Positions 52,211 through 64,000 of a stretch of DNA of 64,000 nucleotides are shown here, in pieces. A program made the position numbers and the translations under genes. The stretch lies in assembly GCF_009834535.1 (NCBI RefSeq), contig NC_045696.1, positions 113,524,001 to 113,588,000 of the forward strand, in the 5' to 3' direction. The stretch comes from Camelus ferus. Its lineage: Eukaryota. The notes beneath the pieces were generated by a model, which was given only the letters and a program-made list of their open reading frames with translations, was not told the origin of the DNA and ran no database searches. The stretch's first letter is position 1; every line of letters begins with the position of its first letter.

Positions 52211-54069
52211 CTGATTTTCTAACATTCACTTGAACCAATTCATGACCGCTATTGAAGTTCCCTACTTTCCATTCTGAGAATAATGCTTATTATTTCTTTA
52301 TTTCATGTTTATGGGTATATTTTAAGTAGATAACATATTCTCCTGCTATATTATCCTAAAGTTTAAAACCAAGGGGGATGCCACAAAAACACCCTCTGCC
52401 CCTCCCCCCAACTCTGTGGTAGTCCGTGCATAAGCAAATACGTGCATATACAGTGGATGCTTTGATGAGGATGCTCTCAATCTACATTTAAAAGACTCAT
52501 TCAGCCACAGGGCCCATGTGGTGCAACACAGTGCCATCCATGGGCTTTGAAAAAGTGGTCTTGAGTTTTTACTAATGCCTATTCCCGATTCTCAGAATGG
52601 CCCAATTCTCTTCTTCAAGCCATCTTTAGGGTATCAAGTACGTTTAAGTAGAAGCACTTGAAGATCAAGGTGTTGACTGATCCTGAGGAGGTGAAATGAT
52701 ACAGTTGATTCAAAAGAAAGAGACCCAGCCTAACTTTGGAGCACTCCTATTTTTGGCTTGTTGCTTACACTGAACTTCGACATAAAAGTGACTATTCTCT
52801 TTAGCCAATTTCACATCCAAGGAATTGTCAAGCAAATGAACATTTGTTACTATTCTTTTTTTTAAGTTACTTTATGAATGGATAGAAAGGATTTCCTTTT
52901 TTTGTCAAAAGAAAAAAAAAACTTAGATTTGGAATGTAAAAAGAATTTCTGTTAAGCTTTTCTGAAAAGATGGACCCACTGTGGATTTCAGTCCACTTAT
53001 TTTATGGTTTTCCTTTGCCTGAAAAATCCATTCCCTATATAGAAGGATAAGGAAGGTTTGCAAAGAACGGCCACTTCCATGAAGTCTAATGAGACCTGGG
53101 GCTTTTATCTTCAATTCGGGTCACTTTTCCACAGGCCTTTGAAACAAAACAAAACACTGACCCCTTTGAAGGACCCTAAGTATTGTCAAGCTGTATTGGT
53201 CGTGCACGTTGCCATCACAGGAACCTAGGACAGAGCTAAATAATTTTTTCTACCACATGGAGGCATTGAACAACCATGTGATTTTCAAAATTTACCAAGA
53301 CTTGATAAGAATCTAATGCTTTCTCTGGCAAGGGCAGAAAGGTGGGTTTGATGTCAACAAATAGATAGTGCTTAGTAAGGAAGCATTCTTCTCTGTTTAT
53401 AATTTAGCATCTCCTCTGAGGGGCCTACTCTCTAAATAAACTGGCCTTCAATCTCCTATACACTGATGACATAAGGACCGATACACTCAAATATACTGGA
53501 TTGAGTTTGGTTCATTAGCCTCTGAAACCTTTTCTTGAACTCAACACTTTTTCAATTTACTGAACTTTGGAGGAATGAAATAGTGGGGGAATTTACTTTT
53601 ATTTCACACTTTTAACTCTCTCTTGTGTGTGAAACTTTTTAAAAAACACCAACTGTCCCGCAACTTCCCTGGTGTGGCAAATCTTTAGTCAAGGATCCAG
53701 TTTTGAATCAAAAAATTACCTTAATAATTGCAAACCCCAGAAGCAATTGGCAGCAGAGATACCAATCTTGACTTGCTTACTTGATGAGTTCTGTCTTTGC
53801 AGCAGAGAGAACTCAGTCTCAGCCCCAAATCAATTAATCAAAAAATATGTATTAACTGCCCTGTGTGTGCTAAGCACAGTGCCTGGTGCTGTGGCAGACG
53901 TAAAATCTAAGGGGTACTCTCTGCCTCCAGCAAAGGCCGAGAGAGAAGAGATTATAACTGAGCCTAGAAGGACAAATAGGATTTGGGAAAATGGAGAGGC
54001 ATTACCAGGCATTGAAATGGCATTTAAAAAGATATGGAAAACATCAGACAGACTAAAAATATTTTACTA

Positions 54070-54700
54070 TTAAAATATAAATATATGCAAATTGCAAAAT
54101 ACAAAGTATTTTATAATTAAAAAATAAAAGAAAAAAACAGGCCTGTATTCTTCAAAAGTGTCACTGGCATGAAAGACCAAGACAGACTGAGATCTCAGAT
54201 TAAAGGAGACTAAAGAAGCATGAGAACTAAATGTGATAAATGATTTTGGAACAGATTCTGTACTGGATGGGAAAAAAAATCATAAAGGACATAATTGGGT
54301 CAATTGAAAAATGTACAGAAGTTAGATTAAAGTATCATATCAATGTTCAATTTCCTGAGGTCGATAACTATACTGAGGATATTCTTGTTTTTAGGAAATA
54401 TACAGGGAATCATTAAGGGGTAAAGAGGCATGACACCTGAAAACCATTGCCGAGAAAAATAGATAACAATGTGTGTGTGGAAGAGAGAGAGAGAGAAAGA
54501 AAACAAAGGCATCTAAATGTTACAAATTAATGAATCTGGGTAGAGGATGTACGCATGGATGTTCCCTATATCAATCATTCGTGTGAATTTCCTGTAAACT
54601 TGGAGGAAAAAAATTGCGGTTACCCCAGAGGGAATGAGATGGTGGAGAATGGAAGAGAGATTGTGAACTCAATACATACCTCTGTATTGTTTTACTTAAC
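54070..54700 (+). mobile_element. Old L1 (L1MC/MD-like) 3' UTR
   Basis: ttcttcaaaagtgtca...cagattaaaggagactaaaga...aaaggacataattggg...tatcaatgttcaatttcctga...tgaatctgggt. Confidence 0.75.
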
Positions 54701-56259
54701 ATAAGTGTGCCTTCCTTTAGTATGTTTTAAAAATCTAGCCACTAAAAACCAAAATCTAACTACTAAAAGAACAACAACAAAAAAATGGAAGCAAAAAGAA
54801 ACTCAGGAAGTGTGTGGGGAAACCATGAGTAGATGAATTTGTTTAAAGGACTCAGAAAAGTGAGGGGTGGCTGGAAAGTAGGCACCTTGAGTTTGCAGAG
54901 GGTTCCCCGGGGAGCTGAGAAGACTGGATTTCATTACAGGATAAGAGTATAAGAGAAAGACATTAGAGGCATCTTAGCCTAAGGGGTATTTTAAGAAGAT
55001 CCACTCGATAGAAAAGCCAGGAAGTAGAGGAAGCAGTCGGGAAAGCAGGAGGAAGCCACTGGACGAGTCTGGGCTCAGGGAAGCAGCTCCTAATTCCTAA
55101 TTCTCCGCCCTCGTTTCAGTTAATCACTGTTTAATGCTGGAGCTCTGGGAGTTTAAGTCCCGCGATAGCAGAGAAATGTCTGCTTAGAACTATTTTAGAA
55201 CAGGGCTTGACACTTAGTAGGCACGCAGTAAGCAATTCAGGAAGGCAGGGAATGAACAGCATCCTTGTCTTCAATAATGCCATTTCCCCCTTGCCCACCT
55301 CCTCCAATGTTCCATCACTCAAGCGTGAGTGATCACACCATCAGGCCGTTGATAAGCGATGGCGGGGGGGGGGGGGGGGGGGCGGCGGTCTGTGTCACTG
55401 TTCCCCAGGAGAAGCATGAGTGACCCCAGGATGAGGCCTGAAGCGACTCCTAGCCCCCCAGCCTGGAAAGGTTTCCCAGCCTTGACATCAGCGTTACAGA
55501 ATTCCAAACTGGAAGCGCTCTGGAGATCATCCTCGAACGTGCCCTGTTTTATTTAACGACGAGGAAGCCGAGGTCCAGAAAGGCAAGGTGAGTTTTCTGA
55601 GGTCAGGCAGCTAGTTGGCAGCACAACTGAGGCCTTTCCCTTGGAGAAATCAAAGTGAACCCGGGGGCCTGTGGAATCCACATCTCCACATGTCAATTGT
55701 GGAGTGGCAGCGGAGACCACAGCCGCCAGAAGTAACCTCAAAGAGGCAAGCACACACTCGTCCCGTCTACCCAGCTCTGCTCTCCGTGGAGTGGGCTGTG
55801 TCATAGTCTTCCACATCCCCTCAGCAGTGGGCATCAGCTGAGCACAGTCACCACTCCAGTGCACACGCACACACTCACACCCTTTGCTTCCTGAATTACA
55901 CTCACTGAAAAGGCAATCCTTAATCTCATGGTGATATGGGGGCAGATCATATCTCCATATGTGACTGTGAGAATTGAAGCAAAGATTCCAACATGCTCTT
56001 CTTCATCCTTGGCTTTCATCACCTTAAGAAGTCTCTTTAAATCTTGGTAAAGTAGGAAAACAGGAGAATGGCTTTGTGGCTGGGGTTACCCAGATCACCA
56101 CTGGGTTCTCCGGAGATTGTGAGGGGCTGAGCGTTGGGGAGGACCCTCGCCCGGTCTTCCCACTGCCTCATCCTTCCCTACTCCTCCATCTCAGTGAGGA
56201 GCCCAGGTCGGGGCACTTAGGGAATAAGCAGACCTGTTTCCAGACTCTCACCACCTCGT

Positions 56260-56440
56260 ACTAGCAGTGAACTCAGGAAGGCTCTTCAACCTGCTGAACC
56301 TTTGCTGCTGCATATGTAAAACTGGGATAATACAGCTCAGTTCATACGGTTTTTTTGAAGGTTCAATAAGAAATATCTGTAAACTGCCCAGTCCAGTGCC
56401 TGGCACGGCCTGAGCGCCCAATAAATGGTAGCTATCATCA
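56260..56440 (+). mobile_element. MIR SINE
   Basis: cttcaacctgctgaacc...catatgtaaaactgggataatac...cagtgcctggcac...caataaatggtagctat. Confidence 0.75.
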
Positions 56441-58039
56441 GTTGACTCCAACACGTTATCCTGGTCTAATGGATTTTTCAAGACTTAATCTGACGACCTC
56501 AGACTTTCTCTGGCTGTTCCAGAGTTAATAAATCAGAAGCACACACGCAGCCAACCCTTTACTCGTACAGGATTTCACATTGTTTCCTGTCACTGGAGAA
56601 ATTGTAAGCAAAGGGAGGAGCGGGACCCTTGCCCCATTCCAGCTCCAGCCCAGTGCCACGCCCAGGGAGCTGAGTGGTCACCTGCTGACTGGTGGTTACA
56701 GAGGCAGGAGCCTCTGAAAGCCTGAACAAACAGGTAAGTCAGAAAAGCACTGGGTTTGCCCAGAAATGTTCCTCGCTTAATGAGTGAGTCAGAATGGCCC
56801 AAGTATGTGATGCTTCCGCTTAAATTGTTTGGAAAACTGTCAGCTGAAGGGTCATTTCAGAGGATTTGTGTCTATTACTTGGAACTCATTCTCTTCTAGA
56901 CGGCACATTAGTCTGGCTTCTTGAAAGTGCTAAATCCAGAGGTCTGAAAGGAAACTGGAGGTGGGCAAGCTGGGATTTCCAAAGAAGTTTAAAACACAAG
57001 GAACTTCTCTAAGAAGTTTGTCAGTCACAGTATGGACAAGTGTGAAAAACGTTGATAAAAATGTTTAGACTTAACATGCTTCTTTTCTGTAAGATTTGCA
57101 CACTGGATTCCCAGAGGCAATAAAACATCATAATCGGCGCTTTGGGTTTGAAAAGGTCATTTTTTCAGCATTTATGAGCTATTCAGGCTCTATCCTGTCT
57201 AGGAGAGAGATTTAGAACTGGGTGATGGGGGGGATGTTTGTCCTCTTCTTAGAGTTCTAAATTTTCCTATAATCAGGGGTTGAGAGCCATAACTTTTATT
57301 TGAAAATAGATTTTTTTTCACATAATTATATAAAGATTTATACTCAGAAACCCTCCAACAATTGAAAAGCTAGTTACCCACAACTCTGGGTCACTCCTTG
57401 GCACTGCTGTCCTTGAGTGGTGGAGGCAGGGAAATTAGAAGGATGCCTTCCTAAGGCAGAGATTTAGGCTCTGATATTTAGAGTTTATTTAGTTCCATTT
57501 GTGTCTTAGCTTAAAATAAATTCTTGGGATGGTGGGTTGGTACAAGAGGTATATATTTAAGATGTTATTTTTGGAAACTGCTGGAGAATGAAATGAAAAC
57601 TTGTGATCTTCCTCGAACTTGGCTTGAAAGTGAAATAAAGATTTTATCAGTTTGGAGGTGACCACATTTACTCTGCTCAAACTTTCTCACTTGTCAGTGA
57701 ATGAGTTAGAGCAGAGCCCAGAATCGGGAGTTCAACTTCTATAGATTTTATCTTAACTCTGTCCCCACTTATAGATCAATCTTTACCAAGATCATCAACC
57801 GTTCTCTTATTTAAAAATAAAAAATTGCTTGGCGCTCCAATATGTTTACATTATGAACACATTGTTATTGATACCATCCCATTATTTATTTATTGCCCTT
57901 CTGAATCTATTCTACAGATAATTTAGGTTTGGCCCTTTCTAGAAATGGCTAGAGAGGTTTTCCTTAGCAGTGTGCAGTGCTAGGCTGTCTCTGGAACAAC
58001 TTTAATACAGAGCTTCTGCTTTCTTAAAAGGTTCTTTTT

Positions 58040-58990
58040 CGTTTGTTTGTTTTGTTTATTTACTTTTCATCAGGAAAATTTCAAACATTCATAAAGGTAG
58101 AAAAAATACTACAAGGATCCCCATTTTCTCACCTTACCGTCTACACTCAATTGATAATATTTGTCGTGTTTGTTTTGCTGTGTTTTTTAATTTGCTACAA
58201 CATTTTAAACTAAACTGATATTGGGGGAGGGCATAGCTTAGTGGTAGAGTGCCTGCTTAGCAAGCATGAGGTCCTGGGTTCAATCCCCAGTAGCTCCATT
58301 TAAAAAAGTAAATCAATAAATAAACCTAATTACCTCCCAACTTCAAAATAAATAAAAACAACACCAACAGTAATCAAATAAATAAATATAAAAAATAATT
58401 AAATTAAAAAAATCTATTTTAAACACTTAGAAAAGTAAGCATGCAAACTAACAAAATATAAAGTTGAAAACAAAAACAAACAAAAAAAGAAAAAATAAAG
58501 CAAACCAATATCAAGACAATTTACCCCTAAATTCTTCAATATGCTTCTTTAAAAAATAACCACATACCACTATCACACCAGACAAAACTAACAATTCCCT
58601 AGTATCGTCAAAATATTCTGTACAAATTCAATTCTCTAATTTTCCTCTAGGTTCAGACCAGAATCCTGTTAAAGACCCTGCACATTTTGTTTGCTTTGTC
58701 TCCTTTAATCCAGAGCAAGCCCCAGCTGTTTCAGCTCTCCTGCCTTTCTTTAGCTTGTGGCCTTGACTTGTAGAAAAGACATGGCCAGTTTGTACTGCAG
58801 GGTGTCCCACATTCTAGATTTGTTTGATTGTTTTTTCTCACGGTGCCGTTTATGTGACCCCTCCGTCCCTTCTATGTCCTGTAAATCTGAGGTTTCATGG
58901 GAAGCTGTGATTCATTTCAGTCAAACATTTGGGGCAAGACAGTCCAGTCCTGGGTGACACTGTGTACTTCCCTTTGCATCACACCAGGAG
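58040..58990 (-). mobile_element. Old L1 3' UTR (antisense) interrupted by a SINE
   Basis: aaaatttcaaacattcataaaggtaga, ccactatcacacc, tgtctcctttaatccagagc, tgtcccacattctagatttgtttgattg, cccttgcatcacaccaggaggca-like motifs. Confidence 0.7.
58223..58495 (+). mobile_element. vic-1-type SINE with long A-rich tail
   Basis: gggggagggcatagcttagtggtagag...ggttcaatccccag...aaacctaattacctccc; degenerate TSD taaactaaactgatat / taaagcaaaccaatat. Confidence 0.9.
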
Positions 58991-59145
58991 GCAATGACTT
59001 CTCCCTTAAAAGGCATCTCTTGACAAGCAGAAACATGTACCATTTCTCAAATCTCTTAAAAAACAGCCCTGGACCTGAAGCCAGAACTGTGAATGTCATT
59101 TAGCCTCTCCAATCTTCAGTTTTCTTGTGGGAGACAAAACCAGTA

Positions 59146-59450
59146 CCGCTGGCCCTCGGTATGCCTGGGGGATTGGTCCCAGGATCCATGCAGATAACAA
59201 TGTCCAAGGATGTTCAAGTCCCTTGTGAGTAGCATATGCATCTAACCTACACATCCTCCCATACACCTGAAATCATCTCTAGATTACTTATAATACCTAA
59301 TACAATGTAAACGCTATGTAAATAATTGCTAGTGCACAACAAATTCAGGTTTTGCTTTTTGGAACTTTCTGGAACAACCCTCCCCAACATTTCTGTTCTG
59401 CAGTTGGTTGAATCCCTGGATTTGAAACCAGCAGATGCTGAGGGCAACTG
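59146..59450. mobile_element. MER2 (Tigger-type) DNA transposon fossil
   Basis: Terminal inverted ends ccgctggccctcggtat and atgctgagggcaactg, TA on the left, hallmark aaatcatctctagattacttataatacctaatacaatgtaaa. Confidence 0.88.
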
Positions 59451-61179
59451 TGCTAACCTCTGTAACTTCACAGGGTTGTGGTAAGGACCACTGGAGGAAA
59501 TAAGAGTAACACTAGTAACTACCATTCTTTGAGCAATCACAATGTCAAACCCTAAGCCAGAGCTCTCCAATCACTGTTCCCGTTCATCCTCAGCTAACCT
59601 GGAGAGACAGGTACTAGTCTTATCTGTTGTACAGGTGAGAAAATGAGACACAACAAATTTAAGCAACAAGGCTGAGGTCAAACAGCTGGTGAGAAGGGGA
59701 GGTAGGATGTAAACTCAACTAGGCTGACTGCAGAGCCCGGGCAGGAAATCCTGTAAGGACCATACAGAGGTAAAGTGTGGACACAGAAATGCCAGGTGTT
59801 GTGTTAGGGGATGGAAAGGATGTTATTCTGTTTTTGTTTTTCCCTTATTTTTTTTTTTTTTAGACTTTCACTGATGTTATTCTATCACTTAAATAACCAG
59901 AAAATGAATAGGTATTTACAGAGGAAGACATACAACATGGATATAAAATAACAAGCAGAATCATTTATTACTTACCTGCTCTGGTGGTACCGCCAACAGG
60001 GAAGAAGGAATCCCATGAACAGTAATGAAAAACTTCGCCTAGAGGAAAAGAGACACACGGAGTGATGCCAGAAACAGACACTCCGTGTTTTCCTCTTCAC
60101 AGTTCTCCTCCCTTTGTCCTGTTTCACTTGACATATGGCTCACTTCATAAAAATGTTTAAATATTGATTTCCAAATAGCTTCACTTGGTCCTAAAACAAT
60201 ATTAACAGATCGTGTGTTTTCTGGAAGGATCTGTTCTGCTGTTTCTGTGAAAGATGTTTCCTTCCCCACCCCCAGGATTTTTTTTTCCAGTCTGAACTCA
60301 CATTTAGTCTTACTACAGGGATGGTTATGTACAGAAATATTTACAGACGTGAACATATACACACTAGTACACACACACCTAGCTCCTTGCTCCGTCAGCT
60401 AAAAGGGCACAGAAGCAAACGTAACCCAATAGCAAAGAGCACACCTAGCACCCAGATCTCAGTTTTTAATATCACTCTCCAATAAAATGAACCAGCGATC
60501 TCCCCCCAGGATTTTGAATCGAGAGAATTAGTTGGTCGATTACACCCAAACATGATGACAACACAATTTCTTTTTTAAAGGCTGTGGTCAAGGCACTTTA
60601 AAGAGGCACAGCTGACAGCGGGTCCTCTGGGTTAAACCTCTCCGATGAGCATCTGTCCTCTCCAAGCTGTGCAATCATACTTGGCAAATGGCATCTAAAC
60701 CCCTAGAACCCTCAGCCAGAGCCATCACGCTTTATGTTCCACACGCAGTAAAGATAGCTGTGAAAACTGTGTGCAGTCCTCACGAGATCTTTGCCGCTAG
60801 GTTTTTTTCCCTGACCTTTTCATTCTGCTTCAAATATCAGAAATACAAAATGTTTAATCGGGGAACTATAAAAAATCCTAATCCTGGAAACATTTACTAT
60901 AGCTTATATGAAAGCCAATAAGATCTTTGAAATAGATTTAAAATATACATACATCAACCTGGTATGGGAAAGGGACACGAAAATCTCAGCGAGCTGTGGT
61001 AACTATATCACAAAATTGAAAAATTATAATTATCATTTATCATGTCAGGATGGGTATAAAAAGAAAAAAAAAGATTTCTTAAAAATTTCACCTAGCCTAT
61101 TTCCACTCTAAAACTCTTAAAAATGATCTTATGAGGGGTCGTCATACAGGGTTATTAAGACAAGCTGGGATGTGCTGAT

Positions 61180-61390
61180 AGCTCACTATGTCCTAAGCAC
61201 TTTACCTGCATGATTTCACTTGATCTTTCCAACAGCCCTTTAAGGCATCTGCATTTATTGTCTCCAGTTTACAGATGAGAACATGTAGGCTTAGGGAGAT
61301 GAAGTAACTCGAACAGAGTCACACTGCTAGGTGGCAGAGTCAGAATTCAAACTCAGGATTGACCCGGAGCCCCATCTCCCCAGCTACCCG
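61180..61390 (-). mobile_element. MIR SINE
   Basis: agcactttacctgcatgatttcacttgatc...tttacagatgagaac...gtcacactgctaggtggcagagtcagaattcaaactcagg. Confidence 0.78.
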
Positions 61391-62632
61391 TGGATGACAA
61401 CAGAGAATGACTACAATTTTCATTAACTAACTTTCAACCGCTAGGACTTTGCACAATAGTCACGTAGCAGAGTGACTTGTGCTGAGCCTAGAACAGCTCC
61501 ACACAAGGAACTGAATCACAAAAGGAAGCTGGAGTCAGACTCACATTTCCTGTAAAGAGGATTCTCAGCACTCGGGGGGGGCAGGGGCAGGGGCAGGGGG
61601 CGCCCTAATGTGGGCGGTGGGCGTTCTTCCTGAGGACTCAGAGCCCCTGGGGTGGTGGCAGCTGATGGCCATCCCTCCCCTTTCCACCTCCCCCTCAAAG
61701 CTCTGGCAGGCAGTGCCTCTCCCTTTCCCATCCTCTCTGGTTTCACCCAGCAACTGATCAATAAATATCTGTCAAATGAATGAATGAATGAATGAGTGAA
61801 TGAGCAAACAGCTGTCAAACCAGTCACTGAATGGAAAAGTACACAGAGGTACATAAATAGTAAGCTGTTTATCTAGAATAGCCTCAGCCTGACCAGAGTA
61901 TAAATTTCACCAAACTGCATATTAAGTTGGGGAACCTTTATTTATTCTCTATTAAGTGTCATGTTATTTACTTCACATTTCATACTTGGCTGCCTCGAGA
62001 TTATTCCACACTTCACTTTCTGTGTGATTGTCCGGACACCATCTCTGATCCTTGTTTTCTGTTATAAAATGATGCTATTAAGTGTTCCCTCGCAGGTCGT
62101 CCTGAGGATCGAATAAGGTCACAAGGGGTGGTGATCTGATGATGGTAGCTCATCTTGCATTTACTGCCCCCTGCTCTTTGTAGCCTTTGGGCTCCTAGTA
62201 AGCGGGAACCTATCTGCAGTGCTCAGGAGGGAGGTGCTGCGGAGAGAATTCCAGGCCCCCTGATGCCACTTCCTGGAACAAAACAGACTAGAGCCAGAGA
62301 AGGGCTTGCACGAAGCCGGGCTTTGTGAGTGGACCCGTGGAACAAGGAGTGGCAGCAGTCAGTTCACACCTTGAGAGAATCCAGAAAACAGCCCCTGGAA
62401 GCCCCAGAAACCTCCAGAGACCCCTTGCTCTTCCTCAGCTCAGTCTCAGCCACAACCACCCTGGTAGTCTAGACTGACTGCCAACCATTTGATTGTATTA
62501 TGAAGCCACGCAATCACCCTGGAGACAACCATCACTGACATCAATGCTGAACTTGAGGCTAGCTCCCGCCCAGGCGGGTGTGTTCCAGGAGCCACTGGGA
62601 GGCAGCGTCCCACTTTCTGCTCTCCATCCATC

Positions 62633-63446
62633 CTTTTCTTTTTAATTGAAGTATAGCTTATTTACAGTGTTATGTCAGTTTCAAGTATGCAGCAAAGGGA
62701 TTCAGTTATACATATATATATATATGTATATACTCTTTTCCATTATAGCTTATCACAAGATACTGACTGTAGTTCCCTGTGCTGAGTCCTTGTCTTTTAT
62801 CTATTTTATATATAGTGGTGTGTATCTGTGAATCCCAAACTCCTAACTTATCCCCTCAACCCTTTTCCCCTTTGGTAACTATAGTTTGTTTTCTATGTCT
62901 GTGAGTCTATTTCTAGTTTGTAAATAACTTCATTTATATAATTTTTTAAGATTCATTATAGAAGTGATATCATATGATATTTGTCTTTCTCTGTCTGACT
63001 TACTTCACTTAGAATGATGATCTCTAGGTCCATCCATGTTGCTGCAAATGGCATTATTTCATTCTTTTTTTATGGCTGAGTAGTATTCCATTGTGTGTAT
63101 ACACACACACACACATATATACCACATCTTCTTTATCCAGTCATCTGTTGATGGACATTTAGGTTGTTCCCATGTCTTAGGTATTGTAAATGTGCTGCTG
63201 TGAACATTGGAGTGCATGCTGTCTTTTCAAATTAGTCTTCTCTGGATATATGCCCAGGAGTGGGATTGCTGGACCATATGGTAAGTCTATTTTTAGTTTG
63301 TTAAGGAACCTCCCTCCATCCTGTTCCCCAGAGTGGCCGCACCAATTTACATTCCCACCAACAGTAGAAGTGGATTCCTTTTTCTCCACACCCTCTCCAG
63401 CATTTATTATGCATAGACTTTTTAATGATGGCCATTCTGACCGGTG
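62633..63446 (-). mobile_element. Young 5'-truncated L1 (end of ORF2 plus 3' UTR)
   Basis: ORF2 C-terminal motif [21 protein letters not shown] tccatccatc at 62623-62632 and 63447-63456. Confidence 0.92.
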
Positions 63447-64000
63447 TCCATCCATCTTTACCAGGGCAAAAGGGAAAACAAAACTCAGGTGAATGGCCTT
63501 TGGCCCCTCCTAACTTGGTTTTCCTCCGTGTTTGGATTTACCTGAGCAAGCGAGACAAGCCGCATTTGCTCAGGAAGCCCCAGCCCACCCAACAGTAAGA
63601 CCTTAGAGAAGGGGCGGCACAGGGGGCGAGGGGCTTTGTGAACGAATGGGGCCTCTCTCCCTGGATCTTCTCTACACCGCCCCTCCTTACATCTCTGTAA
63701 GAGGAAACCCCTTGAAGCCTCTATGAAGTAAACAAAAAACCCACAACTCTTTCTTCTTTTCTTCCTCCAAGGTTCTTTGCACTAATTTTTAAAACCGAAA
63801 TTTTCACAGAAAATTATTTTGGTGGGTTCAGGAACATAAATTTTAATTCCCATCTCCCCCCACCCCACCCCAAGCAAACATTTCAACCAAAGATCCCTTA
63901 CCTTAAAAAAAAAAACAAAAAAAAAAAACGCAAAGTGAGTTTCTCCAGCAAAGAAAGACCTAGTATTTCCCTGGGCCTTCTTGCAAACAGAGGCCCCTTA

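Noticed and set aside
55359..55390. ATGGCG followed by a long poly-G run
   Set aside because: Homopolymer of uncertain length outside a real CpG island; the associated 65-aa ORF is unremarkable.
55580..55600. Plus-strand donor AAG|GTGAGT
   Set aside because: Lies in a MIR-like core (gaggaagccgaggtccaga...gaggtcaggcagctagt) with no convincing upstream acceptor.
8511..58300. tRNA-Ala-like sequences as genuine tRNA genes
   Set aside because: Each carries a SINE body and A-rich tail, usually TSDs, and mutations in the stems; they are SINE heads.
63895..63930. Minus-strand poly-T then AAG|GTAAGG resembling a recursive splice site
   Set aside because: AAG acceptor is disfavoured, the T tract looks like a simple A-rich repeat, and no transcript is known to cover it.
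1..64000. CRISPR array, operon, prophage or other prokaryotic system
   Set aside because: The sequence is mammalian (spliceosomal exons, LINEs, SINEs); I saw no regularly spaced repeats or dense ORF organisation.

Overview
Mammalian genomic DNA, almost certainly camelid (nine copies of a tRNA-Ala-headed SINE matching the camelid vic-1 type). The window holds the 5' half of UBE2E1 (UbcH6, class III ubiquitin-conjugating enzyme) on the minus strand: CpG-island promoter and non-coding exon 1 (~49200-49070), exon 2 (47980-47796, ATG at 47947), a second CpG island in intron 2, a 51-nt exon 3 (44023-43973) and more than 43.9 kb of intron 3 running off the left edge. The exons with the catalytic Cys are outside the window. 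The rest is intronic or upstream DNA rich in L1, L2, MIR, SINE, MaLR and hAT/Tigger fossils, many with readable target-site duplications (TSDs). No prokaryotic system, CRISPR array or second protein-coding gene is supported, and I found no clearly new biological system. The best leads are: a perfect 207-bp non-tandem duplication in intron 3; a 63-nt candidate exon with strong splice sites about 10.8 kb upstream of exon 1; possible sense and antisense first exons in the intron-2 CpG island; a stop-free in-frame 5' leader with a poly-Ala tract and a G-quadruplex motif next to the AUG; and sharp AT-to-GC substitution patches in old repeats that suggest fossil GC-biased gene conversion. Repeat family names and consensus comparisons come from recall, and repeat boundaries without TSDs are approximate.
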